Source: Octopus sinensis (lineage: Eukaryota). From it: a stretch of DNA of 64,000 nt. The notes below the pieces were generated by a model. It saw only the letters and a list, made by a program, of their open reading frames with translations. It was not told the DNA's origin and made no database searches. Each line of letters begins with the position of its first letter. The stretch's first letter is position 1. Positions 28,311 to 41,269 of this stretch are shown here, one piece after another. The DNA lies in NCBI RefSeq assembly GCF_006345805.1, contig NC_043011.1:62632464-62696463 (forward strand), in the 5' to 3' direction. A program made the position numbers and the translations under genes.

Positions 28311-28749
28311 TATATATTTATATATATATGTGTGTGTGTGTATGTTTGTTCCTATATGTGTATATACATATGCATATATATGTATATATAGATGTATGAA
28401 AGCTTATATATACATATATGATTGTTAGGTACATATATGGAAATTAACGTATGTAAATACGCATATATATATATACATATATGAATATGTAAATGTATGT
28501 ATACATCACACATACATGTGTATATATTTATATATATATGTGTGTGTGTGTATGTTTGTTCCTATATGTGTATATACATATGCATATATATGTATATATA
28601 GATGTATGAAAGCTTATATATACATATATGATTGTTAGGTACATATATGGAAATTAACGTATGTAAATACGCATATATATATATACATATATGAATATGT
28701 AAATGTATGTATACATCACACATACATGTGTATATATTTATATATATAT
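28311..28749 (+). repeat. Perfect 210-bp tandem duplication
   Basis: 28311-28520 is identical to 28521-28730 on inspection; a third copy starts at 28731. Confidence 0.92.
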
Positions 28750-29551
28750 ATATGTATATATATATGTATATATATACATATATGTATAATATATTTATAT
28801 ATGTATATATGTATATCTATTTCTATATATCTATATATATATATGTATATATCTATATATATCTTCTACTTCATCTACCAATATGAACTGTCAAGCACCA
28901 ACAGTGTTGGTGATTAAAAAGAAGCCAAAACAAAAAGTTATGCTTCCTTTTTGCCTGAGTGTGTTTTTAAAACTTAAGAAAACACAATCCTCTGCCTGAT
29001 GTTTTCTTTAGCTTCTTATTTCCGTTCAGCAATGACAGCATTCAAGAGTACGAACAAGTTTTTAAACAATTTTCAAAATCAAAAACAAGGACCGTTTCAT
29101 ATCAATTGCTCTATTTTATGCAAAAGGTTTTTTTCAATAATCGATATTTCTATAGCTAATCACTGAGTGAAATATCCAGTGAAGCCCAAAGTTTATGAAG
29201 TGAAAATTGGTTAAAATGCTATTAAGTGATAGCATCTTACCTTGAAATAGACAAAATATATGAATAAAGATACAGGAATACATTTTAAAATGTTGTAATT
29301 ATCTTAATGGTTAATATAGATATTATTTATATAACCGATAGCCCGGGAAGAGAAGCATTTCGTTGACTCGACCCAAGGTCTTAAATTAATATTCAATTTA
29401 TTTGGCATTGACAAAAAGAAAACAAAAGTTGAACACAGCCTCGTTTTGGAATATAGACTGAATCCTAAGAAGCGGATGCTAAGATACTTAGGTAAATGAC
29501 CACTATACATGCATCTGCGTATATATTTATATTTCTCTCTCTCTCTCTCTG

Positions 29552-29619
<68 letters not shown>

Positions 29620-29896
29620 GCTCTCTCTTCGAAACACGCATGGAGTCGTACTAGGGACAGCTGATGAAGGAGAATTTTCCTTGTGTAGTTGTCTTGTACT
29701 CTGTTTTTTCGTTGTTAAAAAAAGGTCCGTTTCCATGTTTGTTTTTACGTTTTCGTTTCTCGTTGAGTTCTACGTCTATTTGTGGTGTCCCGTACTCACG
29801 TATATATATTTATATATGCATGTATATATACATGTAGATGTAGGTACGTACATATATGTATGTATGCATATATTTTAATTATTACACTATATATAT

Positions 29897-30232
29897 ATAA
29901 GGGTAAAGACCCCCTTCGGTCATGAATGACCATGGGATTGCACCTAGAAAGTTACCCTCCTAGACACAAGTCCGGGTACGGTTGTTTATGGAAGACCAGC
30001 AGTCGCCCATGCATACCAGCCTCCCCTCTCCACGCCGCCAGTGTTATCCAAGGGAAAGACAAAGGTCGATACAGCTTGGCACCAGTGACGTCGCAACTCA
30101 TTTCTACAGCTGAGTGAACTGGAGCAACTTGAAATAAAGTGTCTTTGCTCAAGAACACAACACGCAGCCCGGTCCGGGATTCGAGCTCACAACCTCACGA
30201 TCGTAAGCTCGACGCTCTAACCACTGAGCCAT
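29897..30232 (-). mobile_element. tRNA-headed SINE, family D, near full length
   Basis: Head GGCTCAGTGGTTAGAGCGTCG...TCGAATCCCGG then GTGTTGTGTTCTTGAGCAAAGACACTTTATTTC; head fragment also at ~26790-26853. Confidence 0.85.
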
Positions 30233-30268
30233 ATATATTTCTATATCTATAGAGAGTGAGATAAATAT

Positions 30269-30338
<70 letters not shown>

Positions 30339-30462
30339 AATTAAATTAGAGATAAAACCACTATTAGGCAATTCAAACAATGAAAAACAAACCAAAATAT
30401 AAAAATAAACATAATTAATATAATATACAAAATATATAGAAAAGTGACGGAGTGTGCTAGTA

Positions 30463-30543
<81 letters not shown>

Positions 30544-31194
30544 TTATATATATGTATATATATACCAGCACACTCCGGCACTCTAGAGGCAACTGAACGA
30601 ACAGCCATCTTAATAATTTATAATTGTCACTTCATCATTTTCGAGATCAATCGATGTTTCCAATGAGGACCAAGGATTTTCCAACATAGAAGTTATAGCG
30701 CAAAAGTTACTTTGGGCAACATTTAATGTGACGACGATTCAAGGAACAAAAAGAAGTCAAATATAACTTTTCGTTAAGTTATAGAAACAAGACATTACGT
30801 CTGACAAAAAGAAAAATTATGCGAGGAAAAGAAACGTGATATCTTCTGATATAAAGCACCGTGTTGATTTATATTTCATCAGCTTTTTGTTTCAAAGCAT
30901 TTTATATTTGTATCGTTTGATCAGTCGTTTATATTAAGATGTAAGGTTTTAATGAATCTGATGTTTTAATTAGTTACTGTGCATTTTAATTAGCTATAAT
31001 GGTGAAATAGAGTCATATAACATTGTATGTGACATTTCCTTTATAATATTAAAAATAAGCACTTTGACTGTGTTTGAATATCATGGTCATTAAAGTAATG
31101 CTAATTATCATCAGTACATATATACATATAAACCCACACACGCACACATACATACACAGAAACACACACACACGCACAAAAATACATACATATA

Positions 31195-31455
31195 TATATA
31201 ATATAATATAATATAAATAATATAATATAATATAATATAATATAATATAATATATAACAATATAATATAATATAATATAATATAATATAATATATATAAT
31301 ATAATATAATATAATATAATATAACAATATAATATAATATAATATAATATAATATAATATAATATAATATAACAATATAATATAATATAATATAATATAT
31401 ATAATATAATATACAATATAATATAATATAATATATAATATATATATATACATAT

Positions 31456-31545
<90 letters not shown>
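31195..31545 (+). repeat. (ATATA)n pentamer plus (TA)n and (TATG)n
   Basis: Direct reading; periodic ATAAC variants. Confidence 0.95.
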
Positions 31546-31547
<2 letters not shown>

Positions 31548-31810
31548 GTTAGGGCAGCGGACTCGCGGTCGTAGGACGCGGTTTCGATTCCCAGACCGGG
31601 CGTTGTGAGTGTTTTGTTAAGCGAAAACACTTAAAGCTCCACTTGGCTCCGGTAGGGGGTGGTGGTGATCCCTGCTGTACTCTTTCGCCACAACTTTCTC
31701 TCATCCTTTCTTCTGTTGGCCAGCGGGGTGGCGTCATTTGAAAGCTAAAACGATACGAAGCGCATTGTGACCAGCGATGTATAACAACATCTGATAGTCT
31801 GGTGATCATG

Positions 31811-31814
<4 letters not shown>
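31546..31814 (+). mobile_element. SINE family A copy
   Basis: Near-identical to the reverse complement of 14626-14919. Confidence 0.85.
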
Positions 31815-31859
<45 letters not shown>

Positions 31860-31945
31860 GGAATTTACAAAAACACAAAACAAAAGACGAAGACGGGTGT
31901 GTAAACAACAGATGTATTAGTTTAACGCTCGGGATGTGAGAAAGT

Positions 31946-31981
31946 CTTTCACGTTTCGAGCCTTCGCTCTTCGACAGAAAG
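31946..31981 (-). ncRNA. Hammerhead-like motif with U6 (GUG triplet, likely inactive)
   Basis: CTTT-CTGTCGA-A-GAGC(GAAG)GCTC-GAAAC-GTG-AAAG, within a repeat spanning ~31860-32030. Confidence 0.45.
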
Positions 31982-32369
31982 GAACACAGAAATAAACAGG
32001 GAGAGAAAATAAATAGTTTTAGTGACCAGCGATCAATCATGGCGAATACCGGACAAAGGTGGTTAGACAGGAGAGTTAGGAAGAAGAGGAGATAAAAAAT
32101 AGTTGTGGTGATCCCATAACGAGGATGCGCCTGCGTGTGTATGTGAGAGCGTGTACGTGCGTGTGGATAGGGGCTGGTGACCTTGACGTGTGTGTGTGTG
32201 AGTGTGTAGGTGCGTTGATAATGGTGTGGGTGCTGGGAAGTGATCAGTGCTGGTGTGTGGGGGTGCTGCGATGTGGTGTGTGGTATATGATGGTGTGTGG
32301 TGTGGTGTAGTGGTGTGGTGTGGTGTGGTGGTGTGGTGAGGTAAGATGAGGTCTGGTAGTGTGTGGTGT

Positions 32370-33276
32370 ACTTCTGTGAGACCTTTACAGTAGCTCTAGG
32401 AGGTGCGGTTTCAATAGTATCCCTGAAAGTTTGCGTTTTTGCTCTGTAAGATATTTGACGAATCACGTGTAAAAAATTGTAAAGCTTCGTTTTGTAAACA
32501 ACACCAGCGGGAGTGTCTCCACTTCTTGCAACATCAAGTGGGGTTTCGTCAGAGGCGTTGGGGAAAGCCGCCTTCAGCACTTAACGGTAGTTTAAAGTAA
32601 TCTATCCGCTTTCCAGATTAAGAGGTTTCAGTTGAGTGGTTACGTATTTGCAACTTATTTATGTAGAGACCATTAAATAAGCATTTACGTAGCAACTTGA
32701 TTTATAAAAAAATGACATTTTAAGCTGGAAATGAGGCTGATGTCTGCCTAATGAATTTAAATTGCGAATGATTTGCTGCTGGTATCAATTATCTGAAAGA
32801 ATGCGTGGTGGATTAATGTAGTAAACGAGAGAAAGCGGATCACCAAAGGTGAACGGAGGATTATGTACCATTGAACTGTGTTAGAGTACGACAGAGGTTG
32901 TACAGAGAGAACACAAACCACTTTCGTTACAAAATTAGTAATTGGTACATATTGCTATGTGATATTTGACCAATAAAACGGATGTAACTGTTAGAAAGCG
33001 GACCAGAATATCTGTATTTGTTGAATTAGCACTGTACAGCATAAGTTAAAATAAATTTGGTAAAATGTTACAAGAGTAGAGAGTTTCGATTTAACTGCCT
33101 GCACATTCGTTCCACGTCTCTCAACTTTGAGAGAAAATCCGGCACAGGTGAGGTCGACTTTCATTTTCGTCCAGCTCATTTCTAGTATCGACGCTTCTTT
33201 TCCTTTCACGTTCTTTCAGGAATGCATTATTTACAGAGATATTTAACCTCATCACAAAATGCCACGCTGATTCGGT
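32370..33276 (-). pseudogene. Multi-domain FN3-like remnant
   Basis: Acceptor ttattcacAG (exon start 33276). Motifs in order: SILEMSWTKMKVDLTCAGFSLKVERRG, LSTLVTFYQIY, SLYNLCRTLTQFNG, FQIIDTSSKSFAI*, NLESG*ITLNYR*VLKAA. Confidence 0.5.
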
Positions 33277-33535
33277 CTGTGAATAACATTAATAGTATAT
33301 GCATGTAACCAATTTTGTATATGCGTCCATCAAACACTCACTCTGCCGATTATGAATGGAAGAATTTCTTTATACAAACGGTCGAATAGGAAAGTAGCTT
33401 CTTTTCCAACTCGCATATTTCTTGTATTCGACCGGGCAGCATTGGTATATTTCACAATTATCTTATCTATAAATTCAGATTCCCTTACAAGTCGTATTTA
33501 TATAGATATCCATGTATCAGAGTAGTGTAACTCCT

Positions 33536-34164
33536 AGGCGGTGAGCTGGCAGAAACGTTAGCACACCGGGCGAAATGCATAGCCGTATTTCGTCTGCCAT
33601 TACTTTCTGAGTTCAAGTTCCGTCGAGGTCGACTTTGCCTTTCATCCTTTCGGGGTCGATAAATTAAGTACCAGTTACTTAATTTACTGGGGTCGATGTA
33701 ATCGATTTAATCCGTCTGTCTGTCCTTGTTTGTCTCCTCTGTGTTTATCCCCTTTTGGGTAGTAAAGGAACAGGTATTTTGTCTGCCGAAGGCGGTGAGC
33801 TGGCAGAAACGTTAGCACGCCGGGCGAAATGCTTAGCAGTGTTTCGCCGAGGTCGACTTTGCCTTTTATCTTTTCGGGGTCGATTAAATTAGTACTGGGG
33901 TCGATATAATCGATTGTATCCGTTTGTCTGTCCTTGTTTGTCCTCTCTGTGTTTAGCCCCTTGTGGGTAGTAAAATAATAGGTATTTCGTCTGCCGCTAC
34001 GTTCTGAGTTCAAATTCCGCCGAGGTCGGCTTTGCCTTTCATCCTTTCGGGGTCGATTAAATAAGTACCAGTTACGCACTGGAGTCGATATAATCGACTT
34101 AATCCGTTTGTTTGTCCTTGTTTGTCCCCTCTCTGTTTAGCCCCTTGTGGGCAGTAAAGAAAGA
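33536..34164 (+). mobile_element. Tandem trimer of SINE family C flanked by a 17-bp target-site duplication
   Basis: Three head-to-tail units (GGCGGTGAGCTGGCAGAA...GAGGTCGACTTTGCCTTT...GGGGTCGAT). AGAGTAGTGTAACTCCT occurs at 33519-33535 and 34165-34181. Confidence 0.92.
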
Positions 34165-35959
34165 AGAGTAGTGTAACTCCTCCCGCACGGAGGACTGAAT
34201 AACCGATGGAGGCAACGCAAAGGTAATCAATATTTTACTGAAAAAAAAAAAAACATAGAATGTGAATATTCTATGTATTCATCTGACAATACCAGTTAAA
34301 GAATGCATCGGAATATTTCTAAATTATTTTATATTATGAATAAATTCCCCAATTTCTTAAGATGTAATTAGATAAAATTTAAATATATTCATATTTTGTT
34401 TTTCCTCTTGTCGTTTTGACAAGAAGCCAGGAATCTGTGTGTAAGCTTGTATGTATGTACTTGTTTTTATATGCATGTGGTTTTTTATATGCTCTGTGTA
34501 TACGCATTTGTGTTTATATGTATGTCGGTGCTTGTATTAGCAGGTGTGTTTATATATACATTGTGTGTGTATCTTTGGTTCCATGTTTGTCTTTTACATT
34601 GACCAAATTTGGAAAACCAGTGCTGTTCGTTTATGTACCATAAAGTAGTAATTAAAACAATGGAAATGGATAAATCACAAAATTTTAATTACTGAAATAC
34701 TTGTAATGAAATTTGAAAATATTCCAAGCTAAATTTTTTGTTTAGTTTTTCGAAATTTATTAATTAACAGCATAATTGTAGAATTGAATCATTTTCCGGA
34801 CGTGATTAGTTAGACAAATTAAATACGAGGTGAAAATATGAGATCGTTGATGAATCACGTATTTAATCTGGTTTTCGTTTTTTTACGGGGTGCACATCAC
34901 AGTTTCAAAGCTTGCACCACAAAAATGGATGCTGCATGGCACTGTTGCTGCTGCTTCAACTGCTGCTGCTGCTGCTTCTGCTGTTGCTGCAGCTTATATC
35001 GCTGCCCCCAAGACCGACGTTTCAGCCGCCTACATTTCCATTATTATTGCTGCTATAACAACAGCAACTAATTCTACTACTACTACTACTACTACTACTA
35101 CTTACTACTACTACTACTACTACTACTACACTACTACTACTACTATTACCACCACCACCACCACCACCACCACCATGTTTCGAAGATATCACTGGTAGTA
35201 TTCCAAAGGAATAAAATGGTGTAAAACAATTTAATCTTCTCTTCAGGGATATGAAGAAATGAAACTCGTCAAATAAGACATTTTAACAGAAAATGATGAA
35301 TATGTATAGTGATTAACTGAACGCTATTAAGTTTGTTTTAAAAAATCGTTTTAGGATAAAACGTCAGAGGTAGCCTATAGAAAGAGGAGGGATAAAGGAA
35401 AGAAAAAAACCAAATAATTAAGATGTATATAACGATATGTATATTAAATAAAACATATAGACTTCGAAAAATATATATCTAGTGAATGTGAAATGTAAGA
35501 AGAAAACTAATATTTAAATTATATATAATGTTTACATTGTTATGCACGCTCTATAATCGTGTTTACAACGGAAGTTTAGAAAAACGAATAATAAATAGTT
35601 CAGAATTACAGAGAAGACAGAATTCCTTGCCTTTATCATAAGGTATCGAAATTGGCAGAAACACAACTTTCGTTCATATATGTGATATCTATCATTATAT
35701 AGAATTTAAACATTTATTTTACCAAAATGTGCGCAGATAAGTGTTGCCAACAGTCATTAGAGAAACTACTGGTTTTTAACGAATATACATTTATTTATTG
35801 AGAGAAGATTTGCTTAATGATGTGGGACGCAATATATTCTGACTTTCATTTGTAACCTTTTCTTCAACGACTTCCTTGGCAAAGCTTTATGTCCAAACAT
35901 CGCCTTTATATGGCGCCTCCTGTTGAATTATATTCAGTTTAATTCTGCATGTCGGGTTA

Positions 35960-36140
35960 CTGTCACGTTTATTTAGATTTGCCAAGAGTAAACATTACCA
36001 ATAGTATCTCAAGAGTTGCAAGCGTCTGTATGTCTTGGACATTTCTTAATATTTACCTATTATCTTCAGTGTTTTATGTTGTAACTCCATCAATTAAACA
36101 TCCTTCTGTAATGTTGCGATGCACATTTTAATTAGATCTA
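35960..36140 (-). pseudogene. Possible FN3-like remnant
   Basis: IDGVTT* (TAA is one substitution from Tyr) then ILRNVQDIQTLATLEILLVMFTLGKS. Confidence 0.25.
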
Positions 36141-36324
36141 TTTCTAATGGACATTTCAGTACAGGAACACAACAAAAGATGCGTGGGACACCTAGCATCG
36201 CTATATGTTTTATATGCTCTGTAGATTTCCGAAGTATTCACGTTATGCTTATATATTCACATATTTTAAGATCATTCAGAATGTAACTGCTATTATAGGA
36301 TTTATCTGCTTCCCTCCCAATTCT

Positions 36325-36525
36325 CCTTCTTCTTCTTCTTCTTCTTCTTCTTCTTCTTCTTCTTCTTCTTCTTCTTCTTCTTCTCTTCTTCTTCTTTTTC
36401 TTCTTCGTCTCCTTCTTCTTCTTCTTCTTCTTCTCTTCTTCTTCTACTCCTTTTTCTTGTTCTTGTTCTTGTTCTTCTTGTTCTTCTTCTTCTACTACTA
36501 CTACTTCTTCTTCTTCTTCTTTTCT
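36325..36525 (+). repeat. (CTT)n microsatellite
   Basis: Direct reading. Confidence 0.95.
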
Positions 36526-37257
36526 CCTTTTTCTTCCATTTGCTGTTGTTGTTACTGCAGTTCTCATTGCTATTGTAATGTTGTCGTATGTAGATATTTT
36601 TCCCCCTTTGCAAGTATGTTATTTAAAAGCGCACCTACTCCACACGCACCAATATTTATTCTCTCTAACATATGGTTTGCTATTTTTATTCTGGCTCTGT
36701 TTCATAAAGTTTCAAAAGGAGTTTCTCATTTCCGTCAACTATTCCATATTTCTAGGAAAACAATTTATTCTTTGCTATTGCGGTCGAGGATTTCACTCTG
36801 CTGCAGCAGGTGAGGCTGAGAATTCGTTCCTAATAATAATCGCTGCTATCATCTTACAAATTCGCAGAACAGAAAAGAAAGCAAACATATCTTGTATATT
36901 AGAAACCATTACTGAAAACCAGATATATTTCTTATATTTACAGCAACCACGACAAGAATACTATAATTAATTTTATGCAACATACGATTTATAAACGTTA
37001 ATTTAGCATCAATGCAATATTGTCAATATATTAATATAAATTGGTGAAATGAGGCTGGAATTATATAAAATAAACAGAATATGATGATGGCTATTAAACA
37101 CATTGTTGAACGATGAAAATGAACGTACAATGGCTCGGGATGGCAGTGGAAAATTGTACTTGGTTTGTTAATATAGCTTGTTTTTAGTTTCTATGTGAAG
37201 AAGAAACAGATGTGCGCTTCGGTTGTGATAGACTTGCACTGTGAGTGGGGATGTGGT

Positions 37258-37482
37258 GGGAAGCTAGCGGGGATCTAGTGAGAAGCTAGCGAGGATCTGG
37301 TGGGAATCTAGCGGGGATCTGGTGGGAAGCTAGCGAGGATCTGATGGGAAGCTATCGGGGATCTGGTGGGAAGCTAGCGAGGATCTATTGGGTAGCTAGC
37401 GGGGATCTGGTGGGAAGCTAGAGGGGACCTGGTGGGAAGCCAGCGGGGATCTGGTGAGAAGCTAGCGGGGATCTGGTGGGAA
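37258..37482 (+). repeat. 22-bp minisatellite, 10 units plus a partial
   Basis: Consensus GGGAAGCTAGCGGGGATCTGGT, directly tandem with no spacers. Confidence 0.95.
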
Positions 37483-37919
37483 AATTTTCAATGTGCAATA
37501 CTAGAAATTGCCAATGTTGCTGAAAGGAAAGAAATAGGTATATTGTGTAAGGTTTGGATTATGAAAGGAGCAGTTATTTTGCTGAAGATAAAAGGTGATT
37601 AAATAATAATTGTTAGGTATGTAAGTTATATAAATTCTCGACTGAATATGTTGGTATACACCCCATTTCAAATGTTATGAGATTTTTCATTGAAGTGATA
37701 TTTGACTGACAGAAATATTAGCTACCTATCCAGCCTAATCGTAACATCCTCACTATTTTATATGACGAATATTATTGCATGATGGGTACACATATGAACA
37801 AAGTGTGGTCTTGTAGTCATTCTGTACATCAAATGCGTTTCATGAGATTGAAGAAAAATTCATGGTAGCGATCCAAATCTCATAAAAGTTTCTGTCCTGT
37901 GTCTTGCGCTTACATAAGA

Positions 37920-38130
37920 ATATACGTATATTATTATTTTTTTGCGTTAATGGACAGAAGTCTCTATTCTTTAGTATCTGGGTTACATTCTGTCAAATTA
38001 GAAAACAATGAGGCGATGTTTGAATACGCTTATGATGTGAGCGATATAATCTCTGAGATTATATTAATGACAGATATTGGCGTAAACCCTAAGACGTCAG
38101 AGATGATATGATAACAAAGACACGGATTAA
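37920..38130 (-). pseudogene. FN3-like remnant
   Basis: SLFSNLTECNPDTKE*RLLSINA; the stop falls where the conserved FN3 Tyr is expected. Confidence 0.4.
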
Positions 38131-38700
38131 GATGGTACGAAGAAAGCAAAATACTTAGACGGGAAGCAATATATAAGCGAATATTCAAGCGCTTGTGAAT
38201 GCTTGAATATACGCATATATTTCGAAGTATTTGAAATTTTTCTGTGTCTATGAATATTTCTGGGAATCAGTAAATACAGACATACATTATAGCATAGAAG
38301 AGTAGATACGCATAAAAAACACAGAGGCAGACACACAAGCACAAGTTGGCATACACAAATTACATTTTCGTAATAATAGTCCCACTTGCATTAGTTATTG
38401 TAAAGAAGATCTATATAATTTGGAATCCCGCATCGGTACGCGTAACCGAGTTTATTTTAATCTAAAACAGAGACGCGTACCGACATTCCCGAGCGCATGG
38501 TCTCAATAATTGTGTATAGATAACTACATGAAACCATTGGTTGCATTGTTAATATACAAATACAGTAAATATTACTGTGAATGTGTGCGCATATATGATA
38601 TGCATGCAAGCGCGCATGCACACAAAATTCCTTTCAAATTACGAAAGCATCTGAAGGAAATAAAGTTACAATAATCAGGGTGGAGGAAGGCGGAAGTGAG

Positions 38701-38737
<37 letters not shown>

Positions 38738-39022
38738 AGAGACAGAGAAAGAGAGAAAGTGAGAGAGTGAGAGAGAGAAAGAAAGAAGTGAGAGAGAGAG
38801 TGAGAGAGAGAGAGATTCCAATACATGTGTGTATGAGTGTATGTGTCGTTTTATGTGTGTCTACGTCGCAGTGTGATTGTATGCACGTGTCTGCATTCAT
38901 GCACCTGCGATTATGATTATACCTATAACTATCTATCTATCTATCTATCTATCTATTTATTTGCCTATTCCGTCGATATCGGATCAACTGGAACCCTCGT
39001 TGTCGTAACCGACGGAGTGCCA

Positions 39023-39064
<42 letters not shown>

Positions 39065-39093
39065 CGGAACACATACATACAGATTATAGCACA

Positions 39094-39131
<38 letters not shown>

Positions 39132-39325
39132 TATATTATATATATATATATATAAGTTCAGAAACAATTTAGATTCAAATGAATATGGTACTTAATTTAG
39201 ATGCACCAGAATTTTTTTCTGGTGTTACCTATAAGAATATGCGGGTAGATTATAATAAAAAATAATAAAAAATCAGCTTATTTTTGAGTATATATATATC
39301 TATATCTATATCGGAACAAACACAT

Positions 39326-39933
39326 ATATATATATTAAATTAGAGATAAAACAACTATTAGGCAAATCAAACAGTGAAAAACATAAACCAAAACATAGAA
39401 ATAAAATTAATTAATATAATATACAAAATATATAAAATAACTAAAATTTAAAAAAAAATTTAAATTATTAATTTATACTTACAAATTTATATATATATTT
39501 ATTTATTTTTATTTTTATTATTTTAGTTTTTTAATTTTTTAATTATATATTTATTTAATTTAAAAAAAAAATATATAACTATCAAAAAGTATTAAAATTT
39601 TAATATAAGTTTAATATTTCATATTAAGCTTTTTAATACTTTTTGATAGTTTATATATTTTTAAAAAAATTAAATAAATATATAATTAAGTAAATAAAAA
39701 ACTAAAAATAGAAATAATAAAATATATATATATATATATAAAAATTTATAAGCATAAATTAATAATTAAAAAAAAATTAATTTTAACTTTAAATATAAAT
39801 AATTAAAATTTTGAATTTCATATTTTATATATTTCGTATATTATATTAATTAATTTTAGTTCTATGTTTTGGTTTATGTTTTTCACTGTTTGATTTGCCT
39901 AATAGTGGCTTTATCTCTAATTTAATATATATA
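39326..39933. repeat. ~600-bp extremely AT-rich imperfect palindrome (foldback element)
   Basis: The outer ~110 bp (ATTAAATTAGAGATAAAA...) match their reverse complement with few mismatches; symmetry continues to a centre near 39610-39620. Confidence 0.88.
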
Positions 39934-40011
39934 TTTTTAACGTAAAATTAGATTTAATCCTAAATCTTATTTTTCCTGTAAGTTTGGATTTACTCCCTAA
40001 TATCATTATAA

Positions 40012-40046
<35 letters not shown>

Positions 40047-40391
40047 GTGTGTGTGTGTGTGTGTGTGTGTATTATTACATTTGCATGGAGTATCCTCCTA
40101 TGTAATTGTATTGTTTGTGTTTCCCGCTGCATCCGCAAGTCTTTGAAAGCGTGTTTGTCTAGGTGTTTTTTCTAGGTGTTTTTAAATTATACACCACTAT
40201 CTCACGATACAACGCTGGTAGAATAAAAAACATGCAGATGTATATTATCTTTAATTCAATCGTTTCAGTTGTGTCAGCATCTCAATAAAAGAATTGAAAG
40301 CCGGGTATTATATATATTTGCCTGATTATCTACATAAATAGTTTCCTTTCTGTAAGAAAGACATCGAATTTAGTTGAACGAATCGAGGAAT

Positions 40392-40537
40392 GGCTGTGGT
40401 AAGTAGCTCGCCTATCAACCACATGGTTCCGGATTCAGTGTTACTGCGTGGGACCTTGGGTAAGTGTCTTCAGCTATAGCCTCATACCTACCAAGGCCTT
40501 GTGGAAGTGGTAGACGGAAAACGAAAGAAGGCCGTCC
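40392..40537 (+). mobile_element. SINE family B fragment
   Basis: CAACCACATGGTTCCGGATTCAG...GGTAGACGGAAAACGAAAGAAG. Confidence 0.8.
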
Positions 40538-40592
40538 TATGTATGTATGTATGTATGTATGTATGTATGTATGTATGTATGTATATACACAC

Positions 40593-40624
<32 letters not shown>

Positions 40625-40625
40625 A

Positions 40626-40665
<40 letters not shown>

Positions 40666-40668
<3 letters not shown>

Positions 40669-40778
40669 GTGACGCAATGGCCCAGTGGTTAGAGCAGCGG
40701 AATCGCAGTCGTAGGTTCGCAGTTTCGATTCCTCGACCGATCGTTGTGAGTGTTTATTCAGCTAAAACACCTAAAACT
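40666..40778 (+). mobile_element. SINE family A, 5' part
   Basis: Same tRNA-like head; 3'-truncated. Confidence 0.8.
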
Positions 40779-41074
40779 CCAACGAACGTACAGAGGGATG
40801 ACGAAAACAAACATGGCAATAATGAATAAGCATGTACAACAAAAAAGCTGTGTGGCTGCAGTGTGAGGGCATGGGGTAACGCAGTTAGGCAGGGAGAAGC
40901 ACACATGAAAATGGAAATATCGCGTAGGACTGGTGACGAGAGAAGCACAAACAAAATGTCAATACAAAGGGAAAATTAAAGAATTAGGGACGTAAAGTGA
41001 GAGAAAGAGAGAAGGAGGAAGCGAAAAGAGGGGCAAAAGAAAAGAGAATAAGACAGAAATTGACGTCGCACATT

Positions 41075-41122
<48 letters not shown>

Positions 41123-41123
41123 G

Positions 41124-41163
<40 letters not shown>

Positions 41164-41269
41164 AATGTATATCCACACACACATACACATATTCAAACAC
41201 ACAAGACACATATATGTTTATGCTTCTGTATGCATATAGCTATATGTAAATGACTGCAAATAATATCAG

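Noticed and set aside
30160-30232. SINE heads (also 14850-14919, 40666-40740) as tRNA genes
   Set aside because: A/B boxes are present, but I see no complete cloverleaf, and the heads run into SINE bodies.
31549-32580. 343-aa ORF as a single gene
   Set aside because: It runs through low-complexity DNA, a repeat, (TA)n and a SINE; only the first ~70 aa are unique and are treated as part of the FN3 remnant.
37258-37482. CRISPR array
   Set aside because: The units are directly tandem with no unique spacers, and the context is eukaryotic.
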